Shown here in pieces: positions 1 to 11,870 of a DNA stretch of 64,000 bases (position 1 is its first letter; each line of letters opens with the position of its first letter). Source of the stretch: Euprymna scolopes (lineage: Eukaryota); NCBI GenBank assembly GCA_053919585.1, contig CM132786.1; one strand, written 5' to 3'. Below the pieces are notes generated by a model that was not told where the DNA came from, searched no databases, and saw only the letters and a program-made list of their open reading frames with translations. A program made the position numbers and the translations under genes.

Positions 1-227
1 AGATTTTATTAATTAATGCATACATTATTTACTGATTGATGTTTCATAATTTTTGAATGTGTTATAATGATATTGAAAAGAGTGGACAATTACGTAGATA
101 CAATCAATTCATAAAATACCAATAGCATGACTAATTACACAACACTAGATCCTATCAAAGAGTAATGATTTATTCGTATCAACGCTTTGATCATCCAATG
201 CTGATCCAACTATGACGCTCATCTCAA

Positions 228-674
228 CTGAATGAAATCGTCTAAAGCTGAATTATATCGTCTAATGCTGAATGATATCATCTAAAGCTGAATGATATCG
301 TTTAAAGCTGAATGATATCGTCTAATGCTGAATGATATCGTCTAATGCTGAATGATATCGTCTAAAGCTGAATGATATCGTCTAATGCTGAATGGTATCG
401 TCTAATGCTGAATCATATCGTTTAAAGCTAAATGATATCGTCTAATGCTGAATGATATCGTCTAATGCTGAATGATATCGTCTAAAGCTGAATGATATCG
501 TCTAATGCTGAATGATATCGTCTAATGCTGAATGATATCGTCTAATGCTGAATGATATCGTCTAATGCTGAATGATATCGTCTAATGCTGAATGATATCG
601 TCTAATGCTGAATGATATCGTCTAATGCTGAATGATATCGTCTAATGCTGAATGATATCGTCTAAAGCTGAATG
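228..674. repeat. 20-bp minisatellite, unit GCTGAATGATATCGTCTAA(T/A), about 22 copies
   Basis: Directly visible head-to-tail near-identical units with no spacers. Confidence 0.97.
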
Positions 675-3600
675 CTGATGACAATATAAACGAGAGACAT
701 ATCTATTTCATAATCCATAGCTAAATCAATTCTGTTAACTTAAGCTTTCTTATAACCTGTTTAGTCGGATGTGATGGTAACTAAGTTACAAACGGCACAA
801 ATTGATGTGACAAGTTTGAATCCAGTTTGTTCTGCAAAAATAATTTCACTTAAAGATTTTGACAACCCTGACAACTCTCATAGACTAAATTTTGTGCAAG
901 ACTCTCGAATTATAATCGAATATAACTTTTCTGTTAACATATCTGGGACAATATTCAGATAAATATCTATCTTTCGATTTTTTTAAATTAAAATTACATC
1001 GGTACAAATAAGCACTGTCACTGAATCGTGATATTTTTTCTAGGATAAATTTTGTTTACATATGAAGCGAATTCCACATACCTAGATATGTTAATCAAAT
1101 ATTTTTCTAAGAGAGATATATTGCAATATTTCACAAAATTTAGAACAAGAATTTTGGACAACGATATTAGCACTCATCTAAAACTTCAGTAACTATCTCG
1201 TTGAGCTTCGTCATATAGACCGCGTGCTGAATGTTAAAGCAATTAAAATGAGTTTTAAAGATATATTTTTTTTCAATTCTATATATAAATAAACAAATTT
1301 ATTTAATGCCGAACAGTTTATCAAATAATTCTAATAACATTCATTTTCTTTCTATGAAGAAATAAGTGATTTTTTTAATGTAGCGGAACTTTTGGAATAC
1401 TGAAAGAAATTTACATTTATTATAAAATATGTAAAAACAATATTTTTTCTACTGTATTTTACATTATTTAATCAAAACGCTAGAAGATTTTAAGGGATTT
1501 GCAGAGAATTCAAATAAAAAAGAACCAGAGAAAATAAAAATAAATAAAATAGACGAATGAAGATTAGATAATACAAATAATAATTTAGGCTAAATATTAA
1601 TTAAAAAAACTACAAAAATACCGAATATAAAAATCCTTTTGAAAGTAATAAATTAATAAAGTACGTATCTGACACAAATTAATGAATTGCCTCTTTCTGC
1701 GAATACGCCTCATTTAAAATAAAACCCACTATGTACGCCTGATGAAAAGATAGCACTACCACATATTGCATGACCGACACACCACTTGACCACCGAACGC
1801 AAGTAAGAACACTCTACATTTAAAATATTGCATAAAAATGCAAATGCATTTGTATATATCTATAGTTCTACATAGATACACATGAATTGGATAAAGTGAA
1901 ACTGCAAAGCTGGTTTCTCCATTATATCTCAAGTTGCTTCAGTTTGAGTCTATACGTTACATTTTTGCATTGTATTGCCTTCTATAAACGTAGATTTATT
2001 TTCTATACATATTAAACAATACCTCAAGCAAACTACTTGACTCTATTAAATATGATATTATTTATTTTCTTTTACTACTGTGTCCTCAAACGAGACATAT
2101 TGTCACCGAAAGCGCCTGTGATTCCACTGAATTAGTAGAAGGCAAATTGAATGAGGAGCTCCTCAAAAAGACACTTCTTCGCGTTACATTCACATGTCTG
2201 TATATTGGGACGATGGGAGAAACGAAGCAAGAATGATAAGCCTTGCGGTCTGAGAGGAAAAGCTTTTAGAATAGTAAAACTTTCTTGCATATGAAAAATG
2301 GGAGTTGGCAGCTAAGAAGCATTTACGTTGATGGAAGTACATGTGCAGTAAATTCATCGAATTACATTCCGTGGAAGTATTTCTAAATCAAGCACAATGA
2401 CACAACACTGCAGCGATGCGGCAGCTTGGTAAGTAGTTCAAAACCTAGTAGGTTAAAATTCATCCTTGCGCTATGTCCTTCAGGTGAATTACTAGATGTT
2501 GGGTCAACTTGCCCAGATTGGGAAACAATACTCAACACGGTTTTATGGTGATTTTGTAGAAATTTAGAATAGTGGCATTAGTTATAAGTTTTCTAGCCCG
2601 ATACAGAGAGCCTGCCCTTGTTACAGTACACTTGGCGGCATCTCTAATGTGTATATTACACACCATGTTGCCTGAGAACGTCATTACATTGTCTCTGTAC
2701 ATTTATTATCTTTTGTGCAATAAATTTTAGAAATAGACTATACTTACTTAAAACTGTAGCATGGAGAAAAACAATAAAAATGCTACCGGCATTATGAGTA
2801 TTAACAAATGGTCTCAGTATCTAAGTGAGTTAGTTGAGATCATGATAATATATTTACTTGGACACCGTCGAGCAGTATGTCAACAGCCCATCTTTTTTAT
2901 TTTAATATTTTCATATGCACCATATTTTACGTTCGAACTATAGCAATTATTCAAACTAATTCAGTTCCTCTCTGTTCTTTTAATTTACACCAAAATTTGC
3001 GGATCTAAATTCGAATGTGTTGAGTTTTCCCAAAGTTCTTATTACTTCTAGCTCCCTATCGACACTAGTTATAATGTAAATGTCTAATCTATCGATTAAA
3101 TAGAATTTATTGTGTGTAGAAGTTTATTAACAAAATATCTTAAAAAGATATATGAACATTTGAAAATACTAAGCATCCAATACATTACAAAGATAACAGG
3201 TTAATATGTTGTGAAAAGAAAACGAAATCTTAAAAAAATCAGCTCAATTTGTTAAAACAATTCTCGTGATAAACTGTCAAATAACTTAATTCAACATCAA
3301 ATTATTCAGAAATGTAAATATACCGCAAGAAAATCTAATCAACCCCAGTTTAGTTCGTTGGAGAGCAAAAGACTGTAGAAATGATCAGTTGTCGTTTTGT
3401 ATCTTATAAATGTGACCGCATACCAATCACCTCTAGCTGACAGCCCACCATCTTCCCGTGCACGTAGACTCACAATAAAACTGATTGATATTTTATGAAT
3501 CAATGTTTAGTCATTTTTATTGATTATAGCACTACGTAACATGTCCTTCGCCCCATTAGCCAACAGTATACCAATTATGCCGAATTTCCATGTATTGAAA

Positions 3601-6600
3601 AGTTAAATCCAGATGTTTACAGCGATATCAAACTAAATAATTCCATCCTTAGAACAACGGCTCACCTGAGAATATGTGAATCTAAATGCTTTTCGGTCGT
3701 CGCATTACCATAATTCACCCTTCATGTACACCCAATCGAAATATTCAGGAGTTTTTACAAAGTTATTCCCATTATCTATCTGTATGTTGCGCACTTTATC
3801 GATTTGTTATTTTCCCTTCTTCTCTATTAATCTATATATATTATTGTTGCTTCGTTTAATCTAAGGCTAGCGTTATAATTTCGATTCCTGCTTTAGGCAT
3901 GTAGATTTCCATTAATTATTTTTCATTGTATATACACCTGCCTCTCAAGCAAAATTTGAATGATAAAAACCGTTGATTATTTTGCGTTTGCAAATCTAAC
4001 ATAGTCTCGCATTTCAGCAAATCATATATTGTATTGTCTTGCCTCTCTTTTAAACGAGATAATATTTTTTTTTAATCAAATCTATGATTATTAACGTGGT
4101 TCTCATTTGGAAAACGATGACCAGAAACTATACAATGAAATTAATGATTCGTAGTAACATTAGTTTCTCTCTTACCCCAAAAAGTACAATTGTTATCCAT
4201 TATTGTTTACGTAAGTAAAGTTTTGTTTTATGACCTTGTTATTAAGCCCATTTTGAGTCAAATTATCAGATATTAGCTAAACTGCTTTATCTCAGTAGAA
4301 TATGTGCTTTTTGCAAAGCTATTTGATCGGAAGATATAGTCAGTTATTTACTAAAATATAACATATTGAATATAAAATTCGTATACGAAAAACAATATAA
4401 ACCATAGCATAAGTCAGGATTGAGACTGTCTGTATTTGCTTCACAACTAAAAGAGTTTCCAATGTCTTGCATGGTACATAACTCTTCCATATTATATGAA
4501 GTGTGCGATAGAAACTTGATAACTTAAAAACCATTTATCTGATTGTTAAGACACGAATAGAAAGACTCGGATATTAATATTGTTTAGAAAACATTTTTTT
4601 ATTTACAACAAATTGGATACATAGACTGTGGTTATATATATATATACATTATATGCTTTCAATTGAGGCATTGAATTGGAGAATTTTATAAATGTTTCAC
4701 TTAAAACCTAGTTCGCAATAACTAGCCGTGATTTAAAGTCCTTTAGAAAGTTCCTTGTCTGCAGCCATTGAGTGAAACTTTTATATCTGCCAACACAATG
4801 CCTGTATCTTCAGTTTACATTGTGATAGAATACTGAATGCCTTTACCGTTCACAGATGCATTGCCTAAAACTGTCAACGGGTGTGGATTTCATCGAACCA
4901 CTTTTAACATTAAATCTAATAGACAAATTAAATTTTCCAAAAATTGAAGATCACGATGTGTGGTTGATACTACCTGTTTCTACAACTTTGTATTGTTGAA
5001 GAGCGGTTTACGATTAGGTTGTGCGGCTGCGGTTACTACTATCATGAATGCTGTTGAAACAAGGTTCCACAAGACTATAGTTGTTTCTTTAGCGAAGAGA
5101 ATAATACGTAATATATAATAGCTCTACGATTCAAGATAGACCTAAATTCTAAAATTTGTCATTATTTTAAAGAGCACCTCTTTATTCAAGCCAGACATTT
5201 AGTGATTTTTCCTGTTTAATCTGATTATTCTTAACAGACAAAAACAAAGAAAGGTGATTAATTTTCTAGTGATAATTAGATTTTCTTATTCTCTTATTTC
5301 GGTGTTTCAGCAACTTTGTCGTAGTTTATTATCTACGAACTAGAAGGTGTTTAAAACAGTCACACATTATGAAATCAATTACATATTTTTAGTCATTTTT
5401 TCGCTATAAACTAAACTTATGAAACTGATTACAAACAGCTTTGTTTTTCGTTAAGGATGTTGATGATTTTAATAAACTACAAACTACAAAAAGGGAAGAG
5501 TTGACTGTTACTTAGGCATCATCCTCGAGTGGCTTAGGTTTCCCTTATTCATACAATATGAGATTACCATATTTCACCCTACATGTACACCCAAACCAAA
5601 TTTTCAAAATAACAAAGTATTCAAAGGTCAAATAAGATCATTTAGATAAAATATATACTAGCTCATACGTGGGTGGGGTTTTATCGGTTTTGTGTGGCAA
5701 CCTCAAATTACATCAGTAAACTGAATATTCCACTAGATTGGATAAATTCTTTCTTTAAATAATGAAATACTAAGAAAGGACTAAAACAAACTATAAGTGG
5801 TCAGTTGAGGAAAGGAAAATAAGCGTTCTGCTTCACTCATTCAACGTTTAAGAGAAAAGTTAGGCCTTGGAAAGCGCCCTTCTATTTCTAAGAGTGAACT
5901 GAAGTACAAAACTACAGTCTGATTCTCTCATTTCTCATTCTTTATTCGTGATACGGACATAATAACTAGAGAATTTAGATTCATGAAAACAAAAATATTC
6001 GTGATTTATCTATATGCTGCGGCACTCTCAGCTAATTTACTGCTGAACGAGAATACTTATTTTATATGCTGTATTAAACGGAAGTTGGATTCATACATTA
6101 TTCAATTGTATTAAAGTACAAATGGATAAAACACATCTTAAAATTTTGTAATAAAATGCGGAGCAATTGGCATAAGAAAATGAACTCTTATATATAATTA
6201 TGAGAACTACAGTTTAGTGATTGAGTGCATTCGGTACAATGTGAAATTAATTTAGAAATTAAAATGTCATATTTTGTGTGCTCAATTCGGAAACGATAAA
6301 ACTAGTTTTACGCTCTCGAAAAAAATCGAAATAAAGGTAAGTACTTATAAAAAACACATTTAAGGGGCACATTAATTGGTCTGGTGGGTTGCCTGTTGCA
6401 CACACCTGCGCAAGGCTCTTACGGACCCTGGTTCGGTGCACACTAATCTTGTGGGACTTCACTCTTACTTACCTAGAAACATAGAGATGCATCAGAGTAA
6501 ACAAAAAGAAATAGTATGTAAAATCTTCACAAACGTTCAAATATTAAAACATTAAACTAGATTTACAAATAGCTGATTACTGTGGGGTTTGTGGATTTGG

Positions 6601-6617
6601 TTTCAAGGCCAATAATA

Positions 6618-6724
6618 AGCATAATCATCCGACATAATCGGTTTTCGTTAGATCCTCGGAGTTAAGGAACGTTGAGCCTGACCAGTACCAGATGGTGACC
6701 ATTTGGTAATCTAGGCGCCGCATA
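6618..6724 (+). pseudogene. 5S rRNA-derived sequence (degenerate)
   Basis: CGGTTTTCGTTAGATCCTCGGAGTTAAGGAACGTTGAGCCTGACCAGTACCAGATGGTGACC aligns by eye to metazoan 5S (box A GTTAAGC, box C GATGGGTGACC); many substitutions, no oligo-T terminator. Confidence 0.7.
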
Positions 6725-6844
6725 AATCCAATTAAACGGGTATATATAATATATCAGAGACAAAAGCCATGTTTGGCCAAAATGTAGCAATCCACTGATA
6801 TTTTAGAAAGTTACCATACAAGGATATATGGTGTGTCTTATCCA

Positions 6845-7345
6845 TTGTGAAGGGAATAAATGTGGGAAAGGTGGATAAATGAAAAGTCGGAATAAGAAAA
6901 AGACAGGAAGAATGAGAAAGTGAAATCAAGGGGTGGAAAGAGATAAAGCAGTTGACAACGAGAGGAGATAGTAGGAAAAGGAAGAAACCCCGAAAAGGGA
7001 GAGGGGCAAATAGAAAGAGAGATTAAGAAAAAGAGAGAGTGAATAAAATGGGAGGGAAATAAAGGGAAGTGGAAGAAAACGGGAAAATGCAGGAAAAATA
7101 AAGAGAAGTCAAAAGGATAGAGAAAGAAAGTGTAGAGGAAATGAATAAAGGAATAAAAGAGGAAGAGAAAAAAGAGAGTAGAAAAGAAAGAGAAACTAAG
7201 TACAGACAGAGTAAGATTCCAAAGGAGTGAAAGAAATGGACGATGTATGCGAGAAGGGAAACAAAATATCAAGGGATTAGGAATGGGAAAAGGCAAGGAA
7301 GGACGATGAGAATGACGGAAAAGGGAGAGAGAATGATAGGATACA
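6845..7345. repeat. Purine-rich (GA) low-complexity tract
   Basis: Almost pure A/G on the + strand; gives a spurious F/L/S-rich ORF on the minus strand. Confidence 0.9.
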
Positions 7346-8519
7346 ATAAGAGATTTTTGGAGATATTTAACACAATAAACTATCAAATCAGATTTTGAAT
7401 TAATCCGTTTCATAGAACGATCATCCCAAAATTGCCGTCGACAGAAAACGTTATTTCCCGCATCCTCTTATAAAATGACGAATATAAAAATCTTCGCTAA
7501 ATAATTCATGCATTTGATGTCATGAAATATATTTTCAATTAATATTTACAAGTAACGTTTGTTATGAGCTGATTATTTTGTTCAATGGACAAAATTTTCA
7601 AAGATTATGTATTTGATAATAACAATGTGATTTCCTTTTGCGATTTAATAACTGCGTGAGTTACTTTATTCTGTAGCCTGAAAATATGCTGTAGCTTAAA
7701 CAAGATAATCAACATTTCCGACAATAGTTTTTGTGTAAGTAGAATATAAATCCCTTTATAAGTATAAACATTGCTTAAAAATAAAAAAGACACAACTTAA
7801 TATTAAGCTATACTTACATGTCGATTGATACTCTAGTCAAAGAGTAAGTGTGTGTTTTTATTCAATCAAATTATACAACCAATCGTTAAATGAATTGCAT
7901 TGTGCTTATATGTACACATTGATGTGATATTATAAAATTAATTAGAAAGTCACCAGAGTAAACATAACTAATGCCTCACGAAATAAAATCTTTTTTCTTC
8001 TAATTGCACAGTGTGTCAAATAAACAACCGAATGCTAAAATGCAGGCCTTGAAACACGTTTCCACACGAAAACACTGTAGTAAACTTCACTCCTCACTCC
8101 ATTGTCCATATCCAATTGTGCGGTTATCATTGCTCAAAAGCAGCATTCATTCTGCCGTTTTATACGCAGTAAATCAAAAATAAATGGGCAAGAATATATA
8201 GATACTAGAAATCATTGTAATCATTAAATAATTGCAATCAGAAAAAGGCAAATAAAAAATAACAACCAGAAATTGACTCACAGAACAGAGAATTTCGCGA
8301 TTTTTTTTTAAATTTATTATAGTGTAAAAATACATAACAATCGGTTATTCCACCACTATCCGACAACAAAGAGGTCGCTTGCACGAGAGGACTAAACTGC
8401 TTGATTAGCGATTCGCCTCCAACTCCACTTTAGATCAACAAAAACGCTATCCAAATTTCTATGTGTGAACAGAAGCCATACTTGATGGTCTTGTAATCAC
8501 AACTTCTCATATTCACGAT

Positions 8520-9300
8520 ATCATAAAAACTTAGAAACTTCTTCGTGGTGTGATATCATCACTGCTATACGAATGAGGAAATGTTCAGCTGAGCTAGCAC
8601 CTCCAAACTCTATAAAAACTTGTTTTTTTCTTCCCTGACAGTTGTTAAATTTTCTCTGTGATAACTGTGTACAAGAATTTTTATGAAAGAACTGGCCCAC
8701 TAAGTTATCCGTTGTTTCCCTCTTCGCTGAAATCTTTGAGTCATTGCTCAAGCAAGCACTAATGCACTAGTTCGGCAAGGTAAATCTTCTCTCTTACCGA
8801 TGGTATCGACTTAAGTAAGCCCTTTCTGCTATAAATATTTAACGGTCATTTTTTACTACATATATGATGCATTGGATATGGAAGAGGAATGTAGGTCTGT
8901 TAGCTATGATATATTCAAAGCGTTTCACAAGTTTGGCCAAAAGACTACTATTCATATTTAAATCAAACGCATTTACTAGAAGAATGCTAAATATAATTAA
9001 AGTCTACTTAGAAAAAAGGAAGATGCGTGTTTTCTTTGATAAACATATATTCAAACAGCATAGTATTAATGCGAGAGCGCCTCAAAGATCGATTCTATTT
9101 CTGATATATATAAACGACATTCCTGAATATATTGTGTCTGAAAGTAGTATATTTGCCGATGATGCCGCGTTCTATGTTAAGTGTTATACCGGCCTTCCTT
9201 GAACAGAGGAATTTACACCAATTAGCACTATAAATAGCGCTAGTAATTCCAACACCGGTGAAAGAGATGTGCCTGCACTTCAACTGCTAGTCGAGTGCCC
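8520..9300 (+). mobile_element. Degenerate APE-type LINE, RT-domain fragment
   Basis: Translated pieces such as INARAPQRSILFLIYINDIP...SIFADD resemble the GVPQGS/YINDL/FADD RT motifs and the more intact LINE at 51.0-54.6 kb. Confidence 0.8.
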
Positions 9301-9471
9301 AGCGGATATACACGCTTTCCTATCTTTGTACATTATTGTAAATACCCTTGTTCCTTAACTGAACCTCGACTTGATTGTTCTTATTTTCACTGTTGTCCCA
9401 GGACACAACATAAAGCATCAAGAAAAACGGATGTGTAATTTTAAAAAAGTATAGTACTCGGCGATCGTATT

Positions 9472-10276
9472 ATTTTCTACAGTCCGACCTATTCAGTTCG
9501 GTTCTAAGAACTCGACTGTCCTGTCCTCTCGGCTTTAGTCTATAACATAATCCCGTGCCAGATCTGCAATCGCATCAACTTCAAACCAAATTAAACACTA
9601 TTAGCTATTAGCCTCTCGTACACTGCTAGACACTACAAGCTCTCAAACAACTCTAGACACTACTAGCCTCTAAAACAAGGATTGATATAACTACCTTCTT
9701 AGACACAAAAAAGTCAGTCGAATCGTTATTCTACATTATGCGACGACGATTAGGAAAATGTCTGACTGGAATAACTTTTCAATATTCTATCTCTTGACGC
9801 TTTCAATTTCCAAAGTCCGACACAAATAGATTATTCTTTTTGCTCGACGCTTTAAATTTTCAAAGTTTGACTCAAATCGTTTAATATTCCCATTTCCCGA
9901 TGCTTCAATTTTCAAGGTTTGACGCGAATCGATTAATATTTTCATATGTTGACGGTTTCAATTTTTAAAGTTCGACGCGAATCGTTTAATATTTCCATTT
10001 CTCGAGCCTTTCAATTCAGAAAGTTCAAGGAAATCGTTTATTTTCTCGTCGCTTTAATATTATCAAAGTTCGAAGCCAATCATTTTAATCTTTTTATTTT
10101 ATGACAATTTTAATTTTCACAAATCTCAGTTTCGTCGCATCGACTTTATATTTTATTCCGAAATAGTTTGTCTATTTAAAACTATAGTTTTAAACATTCG
10201 TACTACTTTCTACGATCCGACCTACTCAGTTCGGTTCAAAGAACTCGACTGCCTTGCCGTCTTGACGTGAGTCTAT
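9472..10276. repeat. Composite insert: ~70-bp direct repeats (about 9472-9543 and 10207-10276) enclosing a degenerate ~50-53-bp tandem array (about 9780-10145)
   Basis: TCCGACCTA(T/C)TCAGTTCGGTTC(T/A)AAGAACTCGACTG occurs twice; unit GACGCTTTCAATTTTCAAAGTTCGACGCGAATCGTTTAAT recurs about 6-7 times between them. Confidence 0.8.
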
Positions 10277-10439
10277 TTTATAACGACTTTTGGGGATTGA
10301 AGCTTCATTGATATAATAATTAGTTCATATCAAACTATACATTATGAAATAATATTACACATATGTCAAGCAATTGCACAGTTCTTAAAAAACGATCTTT
10401 ATTTCGAAGTGGAATGAGACGGTAAATTGATTCCAAACT

Positions 10440-11080
10440 TTAATGCTTCTAACACTAAGCTCGTTTTCTTTAACAATTACAAAAAGCTTTCTCAAACACC
10501 GATTTGCATGGCTATGTTGGAACTATTTCTACAAATGCCTTTCATTAACATTAACAGGCAATATAATCTGGAACAAATACATTGAGTACGTTGCAAAAGC
10601 TGCTGAAAAGAAGGTGCGCTCTCTACAATGTTAGAAAATTACTTTAAAATATTCTGTATAGAGTATTGTTGTCACATCTCGATTGATGTATCTGCCGCTA
10701 GTCTATCTCTTTTAGTCAGGGTTCTAAAAAATCTCCCATCTAATATGTCCCGCATTACTCTGACTGTTTTACAAGTATTTTACTAGAATGTTCTCTGATG
10801 AACTCATCGTAATTGTACACCACGAAAAACTCGTTTAGCCACAAATCATCGATATCTTCACTGTAGATATTCCTACATATAGGAAAAAATCTAATCTAAT
10901 AGCGTCTTCCCTCGGACTGTTTAACGTTGGAACTCCCTATCTGATCTTTGACTATATTGACATGTAGAAGATTAAATGTAATATAAACAAACATATGGCT
11001 TATCTCTTTACATACTCCTCTGTAACCATTGTCCCTCGGGATCAATTGGCTATATGCCTTGTTATGAGGTGGGGAAAAAT
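10440..11080 (+). mobile_element. Degenerate LINE 3' part (probable continuation of the 8.5-9.3 kb fragment)
   Basis: LTLTGNIIWNKYIEYVAKAAEKKV matches LTFTGNMSWNNYIEKMARIAAKMV at 53.9 kb. Confidence 0.75.
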
Positions 11081-11547
11081 AATGTCGTAAAAAATACCGG
11101 GAGAGACAAGCTGAGATATTAATAATATAAAAAATGACATTAAAGACAGTTATTAATCGCGGCGGGTTCATTGTACTCCACAAACCAGCGACGCCATCGC
11201 ACTTAGCTGTTAACATAGAGAATTTTTAAAAGTTGTTGGTAAAACGAAGGTATTTTGTTTCGGATGAATTCAAACTAAGAAAACGGGCGTTTCTGTTTTC
11301 TTGATTTCATTCGAAATGTTGTAGTTGTTAGAATAAAACAGTGACGACAACGGTGAGAAAGAGAAAACGGGAACAGAGTTCGACGGAGAACAATCAAGTT
11401 AAAAGATGTGTTGACTAACGACAAGAACTTAACAACACATGCATACCCTTAGCTATCAATGATCGCGTCTGTATTGCTTTTATTATGTATGTAAACTCTG
11501 GACAATGACTTTGTGACTTCTTATCATCAACAAAATTTCCTGACACA

Positions 11548-11870
11548 GGGAAAAGAAGGAGAAAAGGAAGAGGTAAAAAGGACGAAGAGGATGAAGACGA
11601 AGATGAATAGATAGAAGTATGAGGAAAGTGAGTAGAAAATGAAAAGAAGAACTAAAAAAAGAAAAGAAAAAGGGAGGGAAATAGAGAAAAGGGGGGTGGA
11701 GAATGATGGAGAAGAAAACGAAATGTGGGGGAAGAATAGGAATAATAAAAAAGAAGAAAACCAAAGATGAAGTGAAGGGATAAAGGAAGAGGAAGAAGAA
11801 CAACAACAACAACAAGAAGTCGAAGAAGGACAAGAAAGAGGAGACGAAAAAAGAAAAGTGAGAAGACGAA
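11548..11870. repeat. Purine-rich (GAA/GA) low-complexity tract
   Basis: Almost pure A/G with a short (CAA)n run. Confidence 0.9.

Noticed and set aside
228-674. CRISPR-like array
   Set aside because: Units are contiguous with no unique spacers; eukaryotic context, no cas genes.
6838-7413. 191-aa hydrophobic ORF (also 11483-11912 and 63625-63978)
   Set aside because: Artefacts of low-complexity purine or TG tracts.
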